Notes under the pieces: model-generated
Told to the model about the DNA's origin: nothing
Seen by the model: the letters and a program-made list of their open reading frames with translations, nothing else
Database searches by the model: none
Shown: positions 18,971 through 28,347 of the stretch, piece after piece
Layout: each line of letters begins with the position of its first letter
How positions within the stretch are numbered: the stretch's first letter is position 1
Origin: a virus
Taxonomy: Duplodnaviria > Caudoviricetes
DNA length: 61,461 nucleotides
IMG/VR virus record: IMGVR_UViG_3300026120_000001
Coordinates: 1 to 61,461 of that record
Strand: one strand, 5' to 3'
Program-made: the position numbers and the translations under genes

Positions 18971-19383
18971 TTTTTAACAAAGCTGAGTGCAGAGATGTGT
19001 TTAAAATGCTCTCAGACTCATTTTAAGGGGTCATATAGGCCAAAAGAGGGGTAAACCCATGCGATGGTATGGGTAATCTATCTTCTGGGCTTATTGGTAC
19101 CTTAAAATCGTTCTTTGACAATTTGTAATGGACTCATGTTGTAAAAATGGGTCAAGGGCTGGGTAGAGATTGGTTTTAGCAGCTTAAACCACACATCATT
19201 TTATCGTGTTGGTTCTAACACTAAATCCATCTTGAATACCTCAGAGTAGTTCTCATGGGGCAATGCCGGTGTACTATATTTATCAATAACTTAGATAGAG
19301 TGGTGAATCTATCATTTTATTACAAATAAATATACTACATAGTAACACAAATTAATTGATTTACACGTTTTCACATATTGTTT

Positions 19384-19421
19384 GGGGGGTGAAGTGAATC
19401 TAACTTCACCCCTCTTTTTTT
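19384..19421 (+). terminator. intrinsic terminator
   Basis: GGGGGTGAAGT...ACTTCACCCCT stem followed by T7. Confidence 0.7.
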
Positions 19422-19435
19422 CTAAGGGGGTAATT

Positions 19436-19870
19436 ATGAGGGGGAAATATGTTAAAATAACTGAGCTAACAGACAAAAAACGTATCCAACTGCTTAATAA
19501 GTATTCAAAAAGACCCAACGTAAATGTTTCAATTGGTGGTAAAAAACACACCACTATGTCTACCCATTTCATAAACACAACAAAAAAATCTTCTTATGGT
19601 AAATCTGGTTATGTATCAAAATGTGATACCTATGATGTTTGTCTAACATTTACCAGAAAAAAACCTTACTCTGATAACACCAAATTACCCACAACAATAG
19701 CACAAAAACCAATAAGAAACTTGGGTAAAATATCCAAACGTAAAAGAAAAGCACTGGAAAAGAAAACAATATTAGTTGATATAGATAAAGAAACAGAGTT
19801 TCAAAAACGGGTATTGAAAGAAAAAGGGTTTAATTCCCTCATGGAATACCAAAAAGAAAGAACAAAATAA
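19436..19870 (+). CDS. basic hypothetical early protein (start revised to 19436)
   Basis: AAGGGGG RBS before MRGKYVK; the longer start overlaps the terminator. Confidence 0.6.
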   Translation: MRGKYVKITELTDKKRIQLLNKYSKRPNVNVSIGGKKHTTMSTHFINTTKKSSYGKSGYVSKCDTYDVCLTFTRKKPYSDNTKLPTTIAQKPIRNLGKISKRKRKALEKKTILVDIDKETEFQKRVLKEKGFNSLMEYQKERTK

Positions 19871-19991
19871 ATACCAAAAAATCACGCAAACGAATAGGGA
19901 GTATTGTGATTATGTTACCCTATCTTATCACTATAGTTATACTTTGTTTGATATGTTTAATCTCTAATTAAACTCAAAAAAGGGGTATGTT

Positions 19992-20453
19992 ATGTCTGCA
20001 ATTACCGTATCTGGAACTACCTTTGATGGATTCCCAATTGTTACTATGCCAGATGGATCATCTTTCTATCACAAAGATGGCAAGATGTACAAGTATGATC
20101 AGGAAGCAGAAAAGAAACGACTGGAAGCAGAGCAAAAGAAAAAGAAAATTGAAGCAGTCAAAGAGATATATCTTGGCGACTTATCCAGTATTGATATTAC
20201 GTTCAAGAATGATAAGGGACAACCAGTACAAACAATGGTGAAAAAGGCCGTTTGTCTTATCTCAAACGATAGGGCTTTGGGTGTATTTGAATATCATAAA
20301 GGTAAGTCAGAAGAAGTGTTCAAAGCAATACACACCTTCTACATCTCAGAACATGGTTGGCGAAGAAACTCAAAAGGGGCCGGCTTAAGTAATCTTGATA
20401 CCAAAGACGTTGAAGCATTGATTGCATTGCAGATGAAAATAGGTTGGGTATAA
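19992..20453 (+). CDS. hypothetical early protein
   Basis: 153-aa ORF with AGGGG RBS. Confidence 0.7.
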   Translation: MSAITVSGTTFDGFPIVTMPDGSSFYHKDGKMYKYDQEAEKKRLEAEQKKKKIEAVKEIYLGDLSSIDITFKNDKGQPVQTMVKKAVCLISNDRALGVFEYHKGKSEEVFKAIHTFYISEHGWRRNSKGAGLSNLDTKDVEALIALQMKIGWV

Positions 20454-20560
20454 TAAATGTTAAAAGACTTCATAACATGAAATGTAATTTGGAGATTGAA
20501 AGATGAAAAAGATGTTGCATTGATTTTTTAATATTATAGTTTGGCTCACTGGAGGTTATT

Positions 20561-20692
20561 ATGGTAACATTGGCTTTGTTGATTTGGTTGGCGGTTGAGC
20601 ATAGTATCGTCGCTCCGTGGTGGTTGTGGACTTTATGGACTATACTGTGGGTTCTAAACACGTGTGTGGAGCTGTACAAACTAACGTGCTGA
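20561..20692 (+). CDS. 43-aa Trp-rich membrane peptide (not in ORF track)
   Basis: GGAGG RBS; MVTLALLIWLAVEHSIVAPWWLWTLWTILWVLNTCVELYKLTC. Confidence 0.55.
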   Translation: MVTLALLIWLAVEHSIVAPWWLWTLWTILWVLNTCVELYKLTC

Positions 20693-20782
20693 AAAGGTGT
20701 CAACATAACAGACTTATTGGTTGCTATCAATAGTGATAAAACCAAACAATTGGGGTAACAATCTACCAACAAGGAGAGAATA

Positions 20783-21013
20783 ATGCCTTACACAATCTCA
20801 ATCAATGACAATAGTGCAATACTCTATCGTCAAGAACAACGAATGAAAAAAGGTGGGTGGGATATTATACATACTCCGGTTGAATCTGCGGCTGGAAACA
20901 GTTCTCATATTCAAGAGTTCATCAATAAAAAGAAAAAAGAAAAAGATGTAATTAAAGTATATGGCGGTTATCGTATGAAAGCACTTAGGAAGCGTGAACA
21001 TTACCCAAAATAA
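20783..21013 (+). CDS. hypothetical protein
   Basis: AAGGAG RBS, 76 aa. Confidence 0.65.
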   Translation: MPYTISINDNSAILYRQEQRMKKGGWDIIHTPVESAAGNSSHIQEFINKKKKEKDVIKVYGGYRMKALRKREHYPK

Positions 21014-21037
21014 ACCTTGATTTATTTGGAGATTGAA

Positions 21038-21601
21038 ATGAAAAAACTGTTGAAACGTGCTGAAAATGAAGTGTATCACTATGTAAATGGTAAAAAAGTG
21101 ATGGGTGTTCATGCGGCACTTACTGGATATGCTTCTGGAATCTGTGGCAATGTGTCTAACATATATGGCAATGTGTCTGGTGTATGTGGTAATATGTCCA
21201 GTATCTATGGGAATGTGTCTGACATCTGTGGGGACGTGACGGGTGTTGTTGGTAATGTAACCAATCTCACTGGCAATATGTCTGGTATCTATGGGATTGT
21301 TACTGACATCTGTGGAAGTGTGACTGACATCTGTGGGAGTGTGTCTAACATATATGGCAATGTGTCTAGTGTACGTGGCGATGTGACTGGTGTTGTTGGT
21401 AATGTTACTGACATACGTGGGAATGTATCTGGTGTCATTGGGATTCTGAATAGCATACGTGGCGATGTGAGTGGTGTTGTTGGTAATGTGACGGGTGTGT
21501 GTGGGGATATGTCCGATATCATTGGTAACATTAATGATTGTGAGTTAACAGAAGATGACATAAAGAAGGGTGTCAACATAACAGACTTGTTGGTTGATTG
21601 A
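21038..21601 (+). CDS. heptapeptide-repeat (G-N/D-V-S/T-x-I/V-x) protein, probable beta-solenoid
   Basis: about 19 tandem 21-nt units; GGAG RBS before ATG at 21038. Confidence 0.75.
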   Translation: MKKLLKRAENEVYHYVNGKKVMGVHAALTGYASGICGNVSNIYGNVSGVCGNMSSIYGNVSDICGDVTGVVGNVTNLTGNMSGIYGIVTDICGSVTDICGSVSNIYGNVSSVRGDVTGVVGNVTDIRGNVSGVIGILNSIRGDVSGVVGNVTGVCGDMSDIIGNINDCELTEDDIKKGVNITDLLVD

Positions 21602-21642
21602 TTTGAATGTTTAAATAATACCCAAAACAGAAGGGGTTAGTA

Positions 21643-21807
21643 ATGATAAGGCTTGAAGATCATCCGGGAAACTTCAGGGACGAGAGTGGGCGTGGTTATC
21701 TTGTTCATTGTCCGATGTGTGAACGAGAGAACTACGCTATGTGTGTATCAAAAGGTGTGTGTGCGTGGTGTGGTTGGAAGGACTTTAAACAAGAGGATGA
21801 AGAATGA
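21643..21807 (+). CDS. 54-aa zinc-finger protein (not in ORF track)
   Basis: LVHCPMCERENYAMCVSKGVCAWCGW; AGGGG RBS. Confidence 0.6.
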   Translation: MIRLEDHPGNFRDESGRGYLVHCPMCERENYAMCVSKGVCAWCGWKDFKQEDEE

Positions 21808-22079
21808 TATTGTTGATTGCTTTGGCGATGCTTTTTTGTATTTTTATTATTGGTGCTCTGTTTAGTAATAACTGACAGACATCGCGTTGAAGGTGCTGGA
21901 ATAGTGATAAAGATTCATTCTAAACCTTAATTCTGGAAAAATAAAATGATGAAAATGGAAGTTATTTACTATCTATTTGCATTTATAATTGGTTTTGGTT
22001 TGGTTGCTTATATAAATTTAACTTTTAGTGGATAATGTTTATTAACACTATGGTGGTGTGGATTTATATAGGATATAAG

Positions 22080-22138
22080 AAGGTGCTCTTGTAAACAAAA
22101 CAGATGATATGGAACGCATAGTAATAGATTGCACAAAA
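22080..22138 (+). repeat. 59-bp exact direct repeat, copy 1 (copy 2 at 34349-34407)
   Basis: AAGGTGCTCTTGTAAACAAAACAGATGATATGGAACGCATAGTAATAGATTGCACAAAA is identical in both places. Confidence 0.95.
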
Positions 22139-22151
22139 GGAGTGGTGCTAA

Positions 22152-22325
22152 ATGAAGATATACAGCGAGACTGTTTGTGATTGTGGGGATTGTCCTAACA
22201 TAAATGATATGGGCGATTATTGTGGGAGGGCCGAACGTGTTTTGCCTATCAGCAATAAGTTTACACGGTATACCATTCCTGATTGGTGTCCATTGCCAGA
22301 TGCACCACATGAGAATAAGGAATAA
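22152..22325 (+). CDS. 57-aa Cys-rich protein (not in ORF track)
   Basis: CDCGDCP...YC...IPDWCPLPD; GGAG RBS. Confidence 0.6.
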   Translation: MKIYSETVCDCGDCPNINDMGDYCGRAERVLPISNKFTRYTIPDWCPLPDAPHENKE

Positions 22326-22342
22326 GTTTGTTTTAATTATTT

Positions 22343-22419
22343 GCCCCCGTAGCTCAGTAGGATAGAGCAATGGATTTCTAATCCATGTGTCACAGGTTCG
22401 ACTCCTGTCGGGGGTACCA
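22343..22419 (+). tRNA. tRNA-Arg(TCT)
   Basis: GCCCCCG/CGGGGGT acceptor, ATGGA-TTTCTAA-TCCAT anticodon arm, ACAGG-TTCGACT-CCTGT T arm, encoded CCA. Confidence 0.95.
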
Positions 22420-22447
22420 CTAATTATTTTTTTTAAGGAGAAAATGT

Positions 22448-22621
22448 ATGAAAACTAAGTATCGAAAAGTATTCAAAAACGAAACACTCAGCAATAAGAC
22501 AGATGAATTTTCTTTTGATGAAAAAAAGTGGACTGTGGTAAAACAATTGTCTGGTTATTCAGCAAACGAAAAGATTTTTAATAATGTTAAGTTTCGTCGT
22601 AAAGTTATTATTTCAAAATAA
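22448..22621 (+). CDS. 57-aa hypothetical protein (not in ORF track)
   Basis: AAGGAG RBS; MKTKYRKVFK... Confidence 0.55.
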   Translation: MKTKYRKVFKNETLSNKTDEFSFDEKKWTVVKQLSGYSANEKIFNNVKFRRKVIISK

Positions 22622-22632
22622 GGATAAAAAAA

Positions 22633-23934
22633 ATGAGTTATTTTAAAATTCGTATGGGAACAGATTTTGAATTCTTTGCAAAAAGCAAAAATGGAGTTGT
22701 CCCCGGAGAAAAGGTTATAACTGAAAATAAATCCGGGATTGTCATCGATGGACTTGCTGTTGAAGTTCAACCAGATGCATCAGATTGTCGTGATTCAATT
22801 AAAACTTCAATCAGAAACAAAATGAAGGAATTGAAAGAATCCAAAATTTTTATTCATGAAAGTTATTCAGCAGATTTTAAAAAAGACTGGGATAATATTC
22901 AAGATGAAAATAAAATTCTTGGGTGCGATCCAGATTATGATGCTTACTCAGGTAAAATGAATGTGTTGAAGATTAAAGATAATGAAACAAAAAGATATGC
23001 TGGTGGTCACATTCATCTTGGGGGAAACCAAACTCGATATGGATCTAGTGCAGTTAGAGCTATGAATGATCATAAGAATTTGATACCCCTACTAGATTTG
23101 GTTGTTGGTATTCCTTCTGTTCTTATGGATAGACAAGATAATAAGTCTAGACGTCTACAATATGGAAAAGCTGGATCTTTTCGCAAGAAACCATATGGTG
23201 TTGAGTATCGAGTATTGTCTAATTTTTGGGTAAGTGACATTCGACTTTTCTATTTGTTTTTTGGTCTTGCTCGCACAGCAGTAAACATACTGTATAATCA
23301 TTATACAAACACCGGAACCCATTTAGACATACTGGGGGAACTGTGGAAAAATATTAATAAGAATGATGTAATCGAAGCGATAAATGAAAATGACTTCAAT
23401 CTGGCTAAAAAGATTTTTGATGAGATTGCACCAATTCTAAATTGTTGGTCATCTATTATTGGAGGAATACACACCTTTCCTCTTGCTGACCACGGGCTGG
23501 CTGGTTTTAAATATGTTTGTATGAATCCTATTGATACAAGCAATATTATTGAAAATTGGATTAATCCAAAACAAAACCATGGTTGGTCTTTACATCTTAA
23601 CGGACTTTCATTGGATGAAGATAAAATTGAAAAAGATTGGAAAAATCTCAAAGTTGGTAAAAATATAATTTCAAATAGTCATATTAAAAATATGTATAAA
23701 CCATCTGGTACTTATTATAGTGTGTTAAACAAAAAACCAGAAACACCACTAATTAATGGTAAATCGGTGTATGGAAATATTAAAACCAGACGGGTTGTGG
23801 TTGATGGTAAAAAAGCACTTGCTCCAGTTACTTTCTTCGATGGACAAAATGCAATTGAAGGATGTTTTGCATTCTGTCATGACATTAAAAAGGAAAAATC
23901 TAATAAAAACAACCATATTTTTATTGTGGAGTGA
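22633..23934 (+). CDS. phiEco32-like COOH-NH2 ligase type 2 (glutamine synthetase fold)
   Basis: GTDFEFF, DGLAVE, GCDPD, AGGHIHLG, RRLQYGKAG.FR.KPYGVEYRVLSNFW. Confidence 0.9.
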   Translation: MSYFKIRMGTDFEFFAKSKNGVVPGEKVITENKSGIVIDGLAVEVQPDASDCRDSIKTSIRNKMKELKESKIFIHESYSADFKKDWDNIQDENKILGCDPDYDAYSGKMNVLKIKDNETKRYAGGHIHLGGNQTRYGSSAVRAMNDHKNLIPLLDLVVGIPSVLMDRQDNKSRRLQYGKAGSFRKKPYGVEYRVLSNFWVSDIRLFYLFFGLARTAVNILYNHYTNTGTHLDILGELWKNINKNDVIEAINENDFNLAKKIFDEIAPILNCWSSIIGGIHTFPLADHGLAGFKYVCMNPIDTSNIIENWINPKQNHGWSLHLNGLSLDEDKIEKDWKNLKVGKNIISNSHIKNMYKPSGTYYSVLNKKPETPLINGKSVYGNIKTRRVVVDGKKALAPVTFFDGQNAIEGCFAFCHDIKKEKSNKNNHIFIVE

Positions 23935-24884
23935 TGATGAATTATATTATATTGGGTAAACATGGGCGACTTTCAATGATGGGTGTATCTCAGTCAATGA
24001 GGACACCCCATATATTATTGAAACGAAAAAAATTTAGGACTGGTAATTTCCGTTGGTTTCGTTTCAATAAACAAAACGGACGTTGGTTGAAACATCTACG
24101 TTTAAATGTTAACCCCACATTTGATAGGCAAGATACTATCATCAGGTGGGGATACTCTGGTGCCATTAATGGCAATCCAAAAATATATCAGGATGCAAGA
24201 GCTATTAATATCTTCTCTAATAAGGCCCGCACAAGGCTTCTATTGGCAGAAAATAGTATACCAGTACCAGAGACACGTCTCAATTCCCCAATGGATTCTT
24301 ACCCCTTTATTGTGCGTCCTATAAGGCATAGTAGAGGACGGAATTTTCATGTGGTTAATAATATATCTGAATACACAAACATATTTGGTTCTCTATTAAT
24401 GAATTCAGACACATATTCATCATCAATTTATCCTAAACAAGAAGAGATTCGTGTTTTTGTGGGACATGGGAAAGTCCTTATGATTAAGGATAAAAATTAT
24501 AATCCAGAACATGGAATAGCTGGAAATAGATCTATAACCAATAATGAATGGAGAGTAATACCAGTAAGAGAATATCGAAGATACAAGACAGCTTGTAATA
24601 TTTCATGTGATGCTGTTCGTGTAGCTGGTGGTGATATGGGGGCAGTGGATGTAATGATTAATAGAGAATCTCCAACCATGAAATTTTGTGTGTGTGAAAT
24701 AAACACCGCTCCAGATATAGCAACCAGTGAATATAGTATTGAAAAACACACACGATATTTTGATTGGTTGTTTTCATCTGAAAGAAATTGGTGGAATTAT
24801 ATTCATCCAGAAACCGGAGAAAATAGACAACACCCCACCCGTGGTTCATCATATTTTTTCAGTAATGAACAATTGGAGGTATGA
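23931..24884 (+). CDS. ATP-grasp peptide ligase (RimK/YheCD-like)
   Basis: IIRWG, NKARTR.LL....IPVP, EIRVFV, GAVDV...CEINTAP. Confidence 0.85.
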   Translation: MMMNYIILGKHGRLSMMGVSQSMRTPHILLKRKKFRTGNFRWFRFNKQNGRWLKHLRLNVNPTFDRQDTIIRWGYSGAINGNPKIYQDARAINIFSNKARTRLLLAENSIPVPETRLNSPMDSYPFIVRPIRHSRGRNFHVVNNISEYTNIFGSLLMNSDTYSSSIYPKQEEIRVFVGHGKVLMIKDKNYNPEHGIAGNRSITNNEWRVIPVREYRRYKTACNISCDAVRVAGGDMGAVDVMINRESPTMKFCVCEINTAPDIATSEYSIEKHTRYFDWLFSSERNWWNYIHPETGENRQHPTRGSSYFFSNEQLEV

Positions 24885-25171
24885 TGTTTTGTTTAAATAA
24901 TTACGTTAATCAGGGGTTGATTGATGATAGACCAAGAACTGAAGAGGCAATTAAAGAAATAAATGACCCATCTTTTAAGACTGGTGATATTGTTGAAGTG
25001 ATAATGACATCACCAACTAAAAATGTGTTACCCTATTCAAAACCAAAAATTGGTAAAATTTTAGAGGTGACGGGTATTGATCATAATGATTTTGCATATT
25101 GCTTGAAAGATGAGGAGAATCATGTCTTATATGTCCCAGCCCACTGTTTAAAAAAGGTGATTAAACAATGA
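24881..25171 (+). CDS. hypothetical protein (SH3-like)
   Basis: FKTGDIVEV...IGKILEV...VPAHCLKKV. Confidence 0.55.
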   Translation: MMFCLNNYVNQGLIDDRPRTEEAIKEINDPSFKTGDIVEVIMTSPTKNVLPYSKPKIGKILEVTGIDHNDFAYCLKDEENHVLYVPAHCLKKVIKQ

Positions 25172-25331
25172 ATAAAGATAAAAGAAGAATAAAACTAGAG
25201 AATTATTTAAGTACATTTGATAACAAAATAAAAAAAGAACAACGTAATTTAGATAAAAAAATATCTAAAGATGATGTTCTTAATATAAAAATTTGTTTGA
25301 ACACTATTAATTCAGTGGATGAATTTTTGGG

Positions 25332-25616
25332 GTGTATATGTTGATATCAATTCCAAACTGTGAATCATCGATTAAACTTACAGAACTTCCAGATAATTAT
25401 ATACTAAAAAAGGGTGGTTCAACAAAGTATGGTGATATATTGTTAAATCGTTTTGGTGTATACGAATTTGTCAACTATTATGTTAATAGGACTGTGAATG
25501 AAGATGGACGCTCTCATGAGTATTTCGTATATACACCAAGTGATGAACTTATAATAATTTCTTTAAATGAAGGAAAAAATCCAGAAATTGAAGTTGAGCC
25601 GACAGAATCTATGTAG
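25332..25616 (+). CDS. hypothetical protein
   Basis: 94-aa ORF in operon. Confidence 0.55.
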   Translation: MYMLISIPNCESSIKLTELPDNYILKKGGSTKYGDILLNRFGVYEFVNYYVNRTVNEDGRSHEYFVYTPSDELIIISLNEGKNPEIEVEPTESM

Positions 25617-25645
25617 TTATAACAATATAAAAAGGTATTAAAAAA

Positions 25646-26014
25646 ATGTATATAGCGGTTTATGGAACACTTAAAAAAGACAATCACAATCACCCACTGA
25701 TTGAAAAGTCTGAGTTTATTGGACACAGTAAAGTGTATGGGTATCAAATGTATTGTATCGGTAATATGACATATGGACATGGATATCCATATATAGTACC
25801 AGAAATAAGTGACAAAGAAATTCCAATTGAAGTATACAAAGTGGATTCAAATACAGCCCAAATGGTTGATTATCTAGAGATTGGTTATTCAAAAGAAACA
25901 GTGATTGTTGATGTTGATGGAAAAAAATACCCAGTATCAATTTATATCGTAAATGAAAAAAATAGTAGATTTAAGATGGACAAGCCAATTGAATCAAACA
26001 CATGGGAAATTTAA
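25646..26014 (+). CDS. gamma-glutamylcyclotransferase (AIG2/GGCT-like)
   Basis: IAVYGTLKK..HNH, GYPY, EVYKV...DYLE. Confidence 0.9.
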   Translation: MYIAVYGTLKKDNHNHPLIEKSEFIGHSKVYGYQMYCIGNMTYGHGYPYIVPEISDKEIPIEVYKVDSNTAQMVDYLEIGYSKETVIVDVDGKKYPVSIYIVNEKNSRFKMDKPIESNTWEI

Positions 26015-26026
26015 GGAGGTTTTATA

Positions 26027-26869
26027 GTGTGTATTATTGCAGCTCTACCTGAAATAAATAATATTAAAGAAGACGTAGACTATAAACATTTGGAATATGC
26101 ATGGGATTCAAACCCACATGGCTCTGGATATAGCTATGTTGAAAATATTGGCAGTGATAATGCAAAGGTTGTTGTACGAAAAGGGTGGTTCCAGTTTAAA
26201 CAATTCATCAAAGCATTTCACAACGATAGATATGATAATCCAGACAGCAAGTTTTTAATACATTTCAGATATGCTACCCGTGGAGGTATTAATAAAAAGA
26301 ATTGTCATCCTTTCTTTGTGATTGAAAACAAGATTTCTATGGTTCACAACGGAACTATAACTGGTATTGGTGACTCAACACAATCTGATTCTTTGGTTTT
26401 TTCAAAGATAATGAAGTCTTTATATGAGGATAATATTCCACTTAATTCAACAGCAGTATCATTTTTAATATCAAAGTACATAGACAAATCCAAGGTTGTT
26501 TTACTTACAGACAAAAATGAATTTATTTTTTATAATAAGAACAAAGGAATCCAAGAAAAAGAAATTTGGTTTTCTAATGATTATTATAAAAAGAAGAGAT
26601 ACAACATAAATGTTTACACTGGAACTTATTGTAATCATTGGGATCATAATGTGGATAATATTTATGACTACTGTTTAACAGATGGTTGTATGAATTATTT
26701 ATATGATAACATAGAACAACAAACTGGATACTGTATTAAATGTATTAATATGAATAAAAGTGCATCCATTTATTGTTTATGTGGAAAAAGACTCAGGAAA
26801 GAAAAAGAGTTTAAAGAAAACATGTGTTTTCAATGCATGTCTGAAAAAACAAGTAGGAGACAACGATGA
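26027..26869 (+). CDS. class II (Ntn) glutamine amidotransferase with Cys-rich C-terminus
   Basis: N-terminal MC, NPHGSG, HFRYATRG, NCHPF, HNG, SDS. Confidence 0.9.
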   Translation: MCIIAALPEINNIKEDVDYKHLEYAWDSNPHGSGYSYVENIGSDNAKVVVRKGWFQFKQFIKAFHNDRYDNPDSKFLIHFRYATRGGINKKNCHPFFVIENKISMVHNGTITGIGDSTQSDSLVFSKIMKSLYEDNIPLNSTAVSFLISKYIDKSKVVLLTDKNEFIFYNKNKGIQEKEIWFSNDYYKKKRYNINVYTGTYCNHWDHNVDNIYDYCLTDGCMNYLYDNIEQQTGYCIKCINMNKSASIYCLCGKRLRKEKEFKENMCFQCMSEKTSRRQR

Positions 26870-28347
26870 TAAAAATAGGTTTGATTAAGTTTTCAAAAAA
26901 TAAATACAAGATCATTCGTTTAGATATACAAGATGGTAAATATTATATTGAGGATGGATACAGACAAGAGACACCACCAGATATTTATTGTAAAACATTT
27001 GTTGTTGGCAATAAATATCTACTTCAAGGAATTGAATGTAGTTATATAGCAAGAAAGATTAATAATGAATATATAGATTATTTAACTGGTATTAAAATAA
27101 ACCAAAGTAAGATAATTAATATAATTCCAAGTAATATCATCAAAGATAGCAATGTTTCATATCTTGGAACTTATGTTTACTATAATTGTTCTAAATGTAA
27201 ATCAATGATGTTGGAGAAAGGTGATTTTTGCCCCTCCTGTTTTGAAAAAAATTCAGAGGTGTGTACTAATTGCGGTGCTCGTTTTATTCCAGAAGGCGAC
27301 CACGATATGGTTGTCAATAATAAAGAACATCATCTATGTGTGGATTGTGTTAAGAAAACAGATGTGTGTGATCACTGTTGTACTAAATTGTGGTCTAAAA
27401 GTTTGGTTCATGTTGATGGAGATTGGGTGTGTGGGAATTGTTTATCTGAAATTGTAGATTTAGATTCGTGTGATTTGTGTGGTAATTTACACCCATCAAA
27501 TAAACTCAGGGGTATCGGTGGTTTAAATATGTGTCCTGTGTGTGAGCATGGATACACAAAGAAACCAACAATAAAAACGATGAATTATTCATTTAAACCA
27601 GAATTTAATACTTTCAAAACAAATGAAAATGACGAATCTATTACTATGGGAATTGAGTTGGAGGTATTAAATAAAAAAACACGGAAACAACATATAATAA
27701 ATTATTTCAATGACATTATTAATAAAAAAGAAAATGTTTTTTATTTTAAGAATGATGCTTCAATTGAAAACAAAGGTAGTGGAATATATGGTGAATCATT
27801 TGAATTGGTTAGTCACCCAGTTACATATAATTGGATTGTTAAAAACAAAAATGTAATTAAATCTATTATGGATTTAAGAAAGCATGGATGTTTGTCTTAT
27901 AGGGCACATACTTGTGGTATGCATGTTCATCTTGGTTCCAACTTTTTCACATCAACTCATCTATATTCTTTTTTGAAATTCATTTATGAAAATGAAGATT
28001 TTACATATATGATTTCAGATAGAGTTGATAGAAAATGGTTTGAAAAATTTTCAACATTAAAACCACCATTTGATTTAAAGCGTGTTGCTGAATCAAAGGT
28101 GAACCCAAGAAATGAAAGAAATAGACACGTCGCTGTTAATATGTCTTCTGGATATACTGTTGAGGTTCGTATTTTCAGAGGCACTCTTAATTATGTTCGA
28201 TTCATGAAGAACATCGAATACTGTATGTCTGTTTATGAATATACTAAGGATGAATGGATTCCAACCGTTGGTGGATATTTGGAATTTATTTCTTCTCGTG
28301 ATTATCCAAACCTTAAAAAGATTTTATCAGAAAAGGGAGTTATTTAA
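26866..28347 (+). CDS. putative amidoligase (COOH-NH2 ligase, Amidoligase_2-like) with N-terminal CxxC array
   Basis: GIELEV, KNDASI, FELVSHP, CGMHVH, RHVAVN, TVEVRIFRGTL; multiple CxxC pairs upstream. Confidence 0.88.
   Translation: MIKIGLIKFSKNKYKIIRLDIQDGKYYIEDGYRQETPPDIYCKTFVVGNKYLLQGIECSYIARKINNEYIDYLTGIKINQSKIINIIPSNIIKDSNVSYLGTYVYYNCSKCKSMMLEKGDFCPSCFEKNSEVCTNCGARFIPEGDHDMVVNNKEHHLCVDCVKKTDVCDHCCTKLWSKSLVHVDGDWVCGNCLSEIVDLDSCDLCGNLHPSNKLRGIGGLNMCPVCEHGYTKKPTIKTMNYSFKPEFNTFKTNENDESITMGIELEVLNKKTRKQHIINYFNDIINKKENVFYFKNDASIENKGSGIYGESFELVSHPVTYNWIVKNKNVIKSIMDLRKHGCLSYRAHTCGMHVHLGSNFFTSTHLYSFLKFIYENEDFTYMISDRVDRKWFEKFSTLKPPFDLKRVAESKVNPRNERNRHVAVNMSSGYTVEVRIFRGTLNYVRFMKNIEYCMSVYEYTKDEWIPTVGGYLEFISSRDYPNLKKILSEKGVI

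Noticed and set aside
21130-21530. CRISPR array
   Set aside because: The 21-nt degenerate tandem units have no spacers and are explained by a coding heptapeptide repeat; no cas operon (the Cas4-like gene sits in the recombination module).
22343-22419. tRNA as prophage attachment site or suppressor tRNA
   Set aside because: No integrase or duplicated tRNA 3' end is seen; the loop TTTCTAA centres on TCT (Arg), not CTA.
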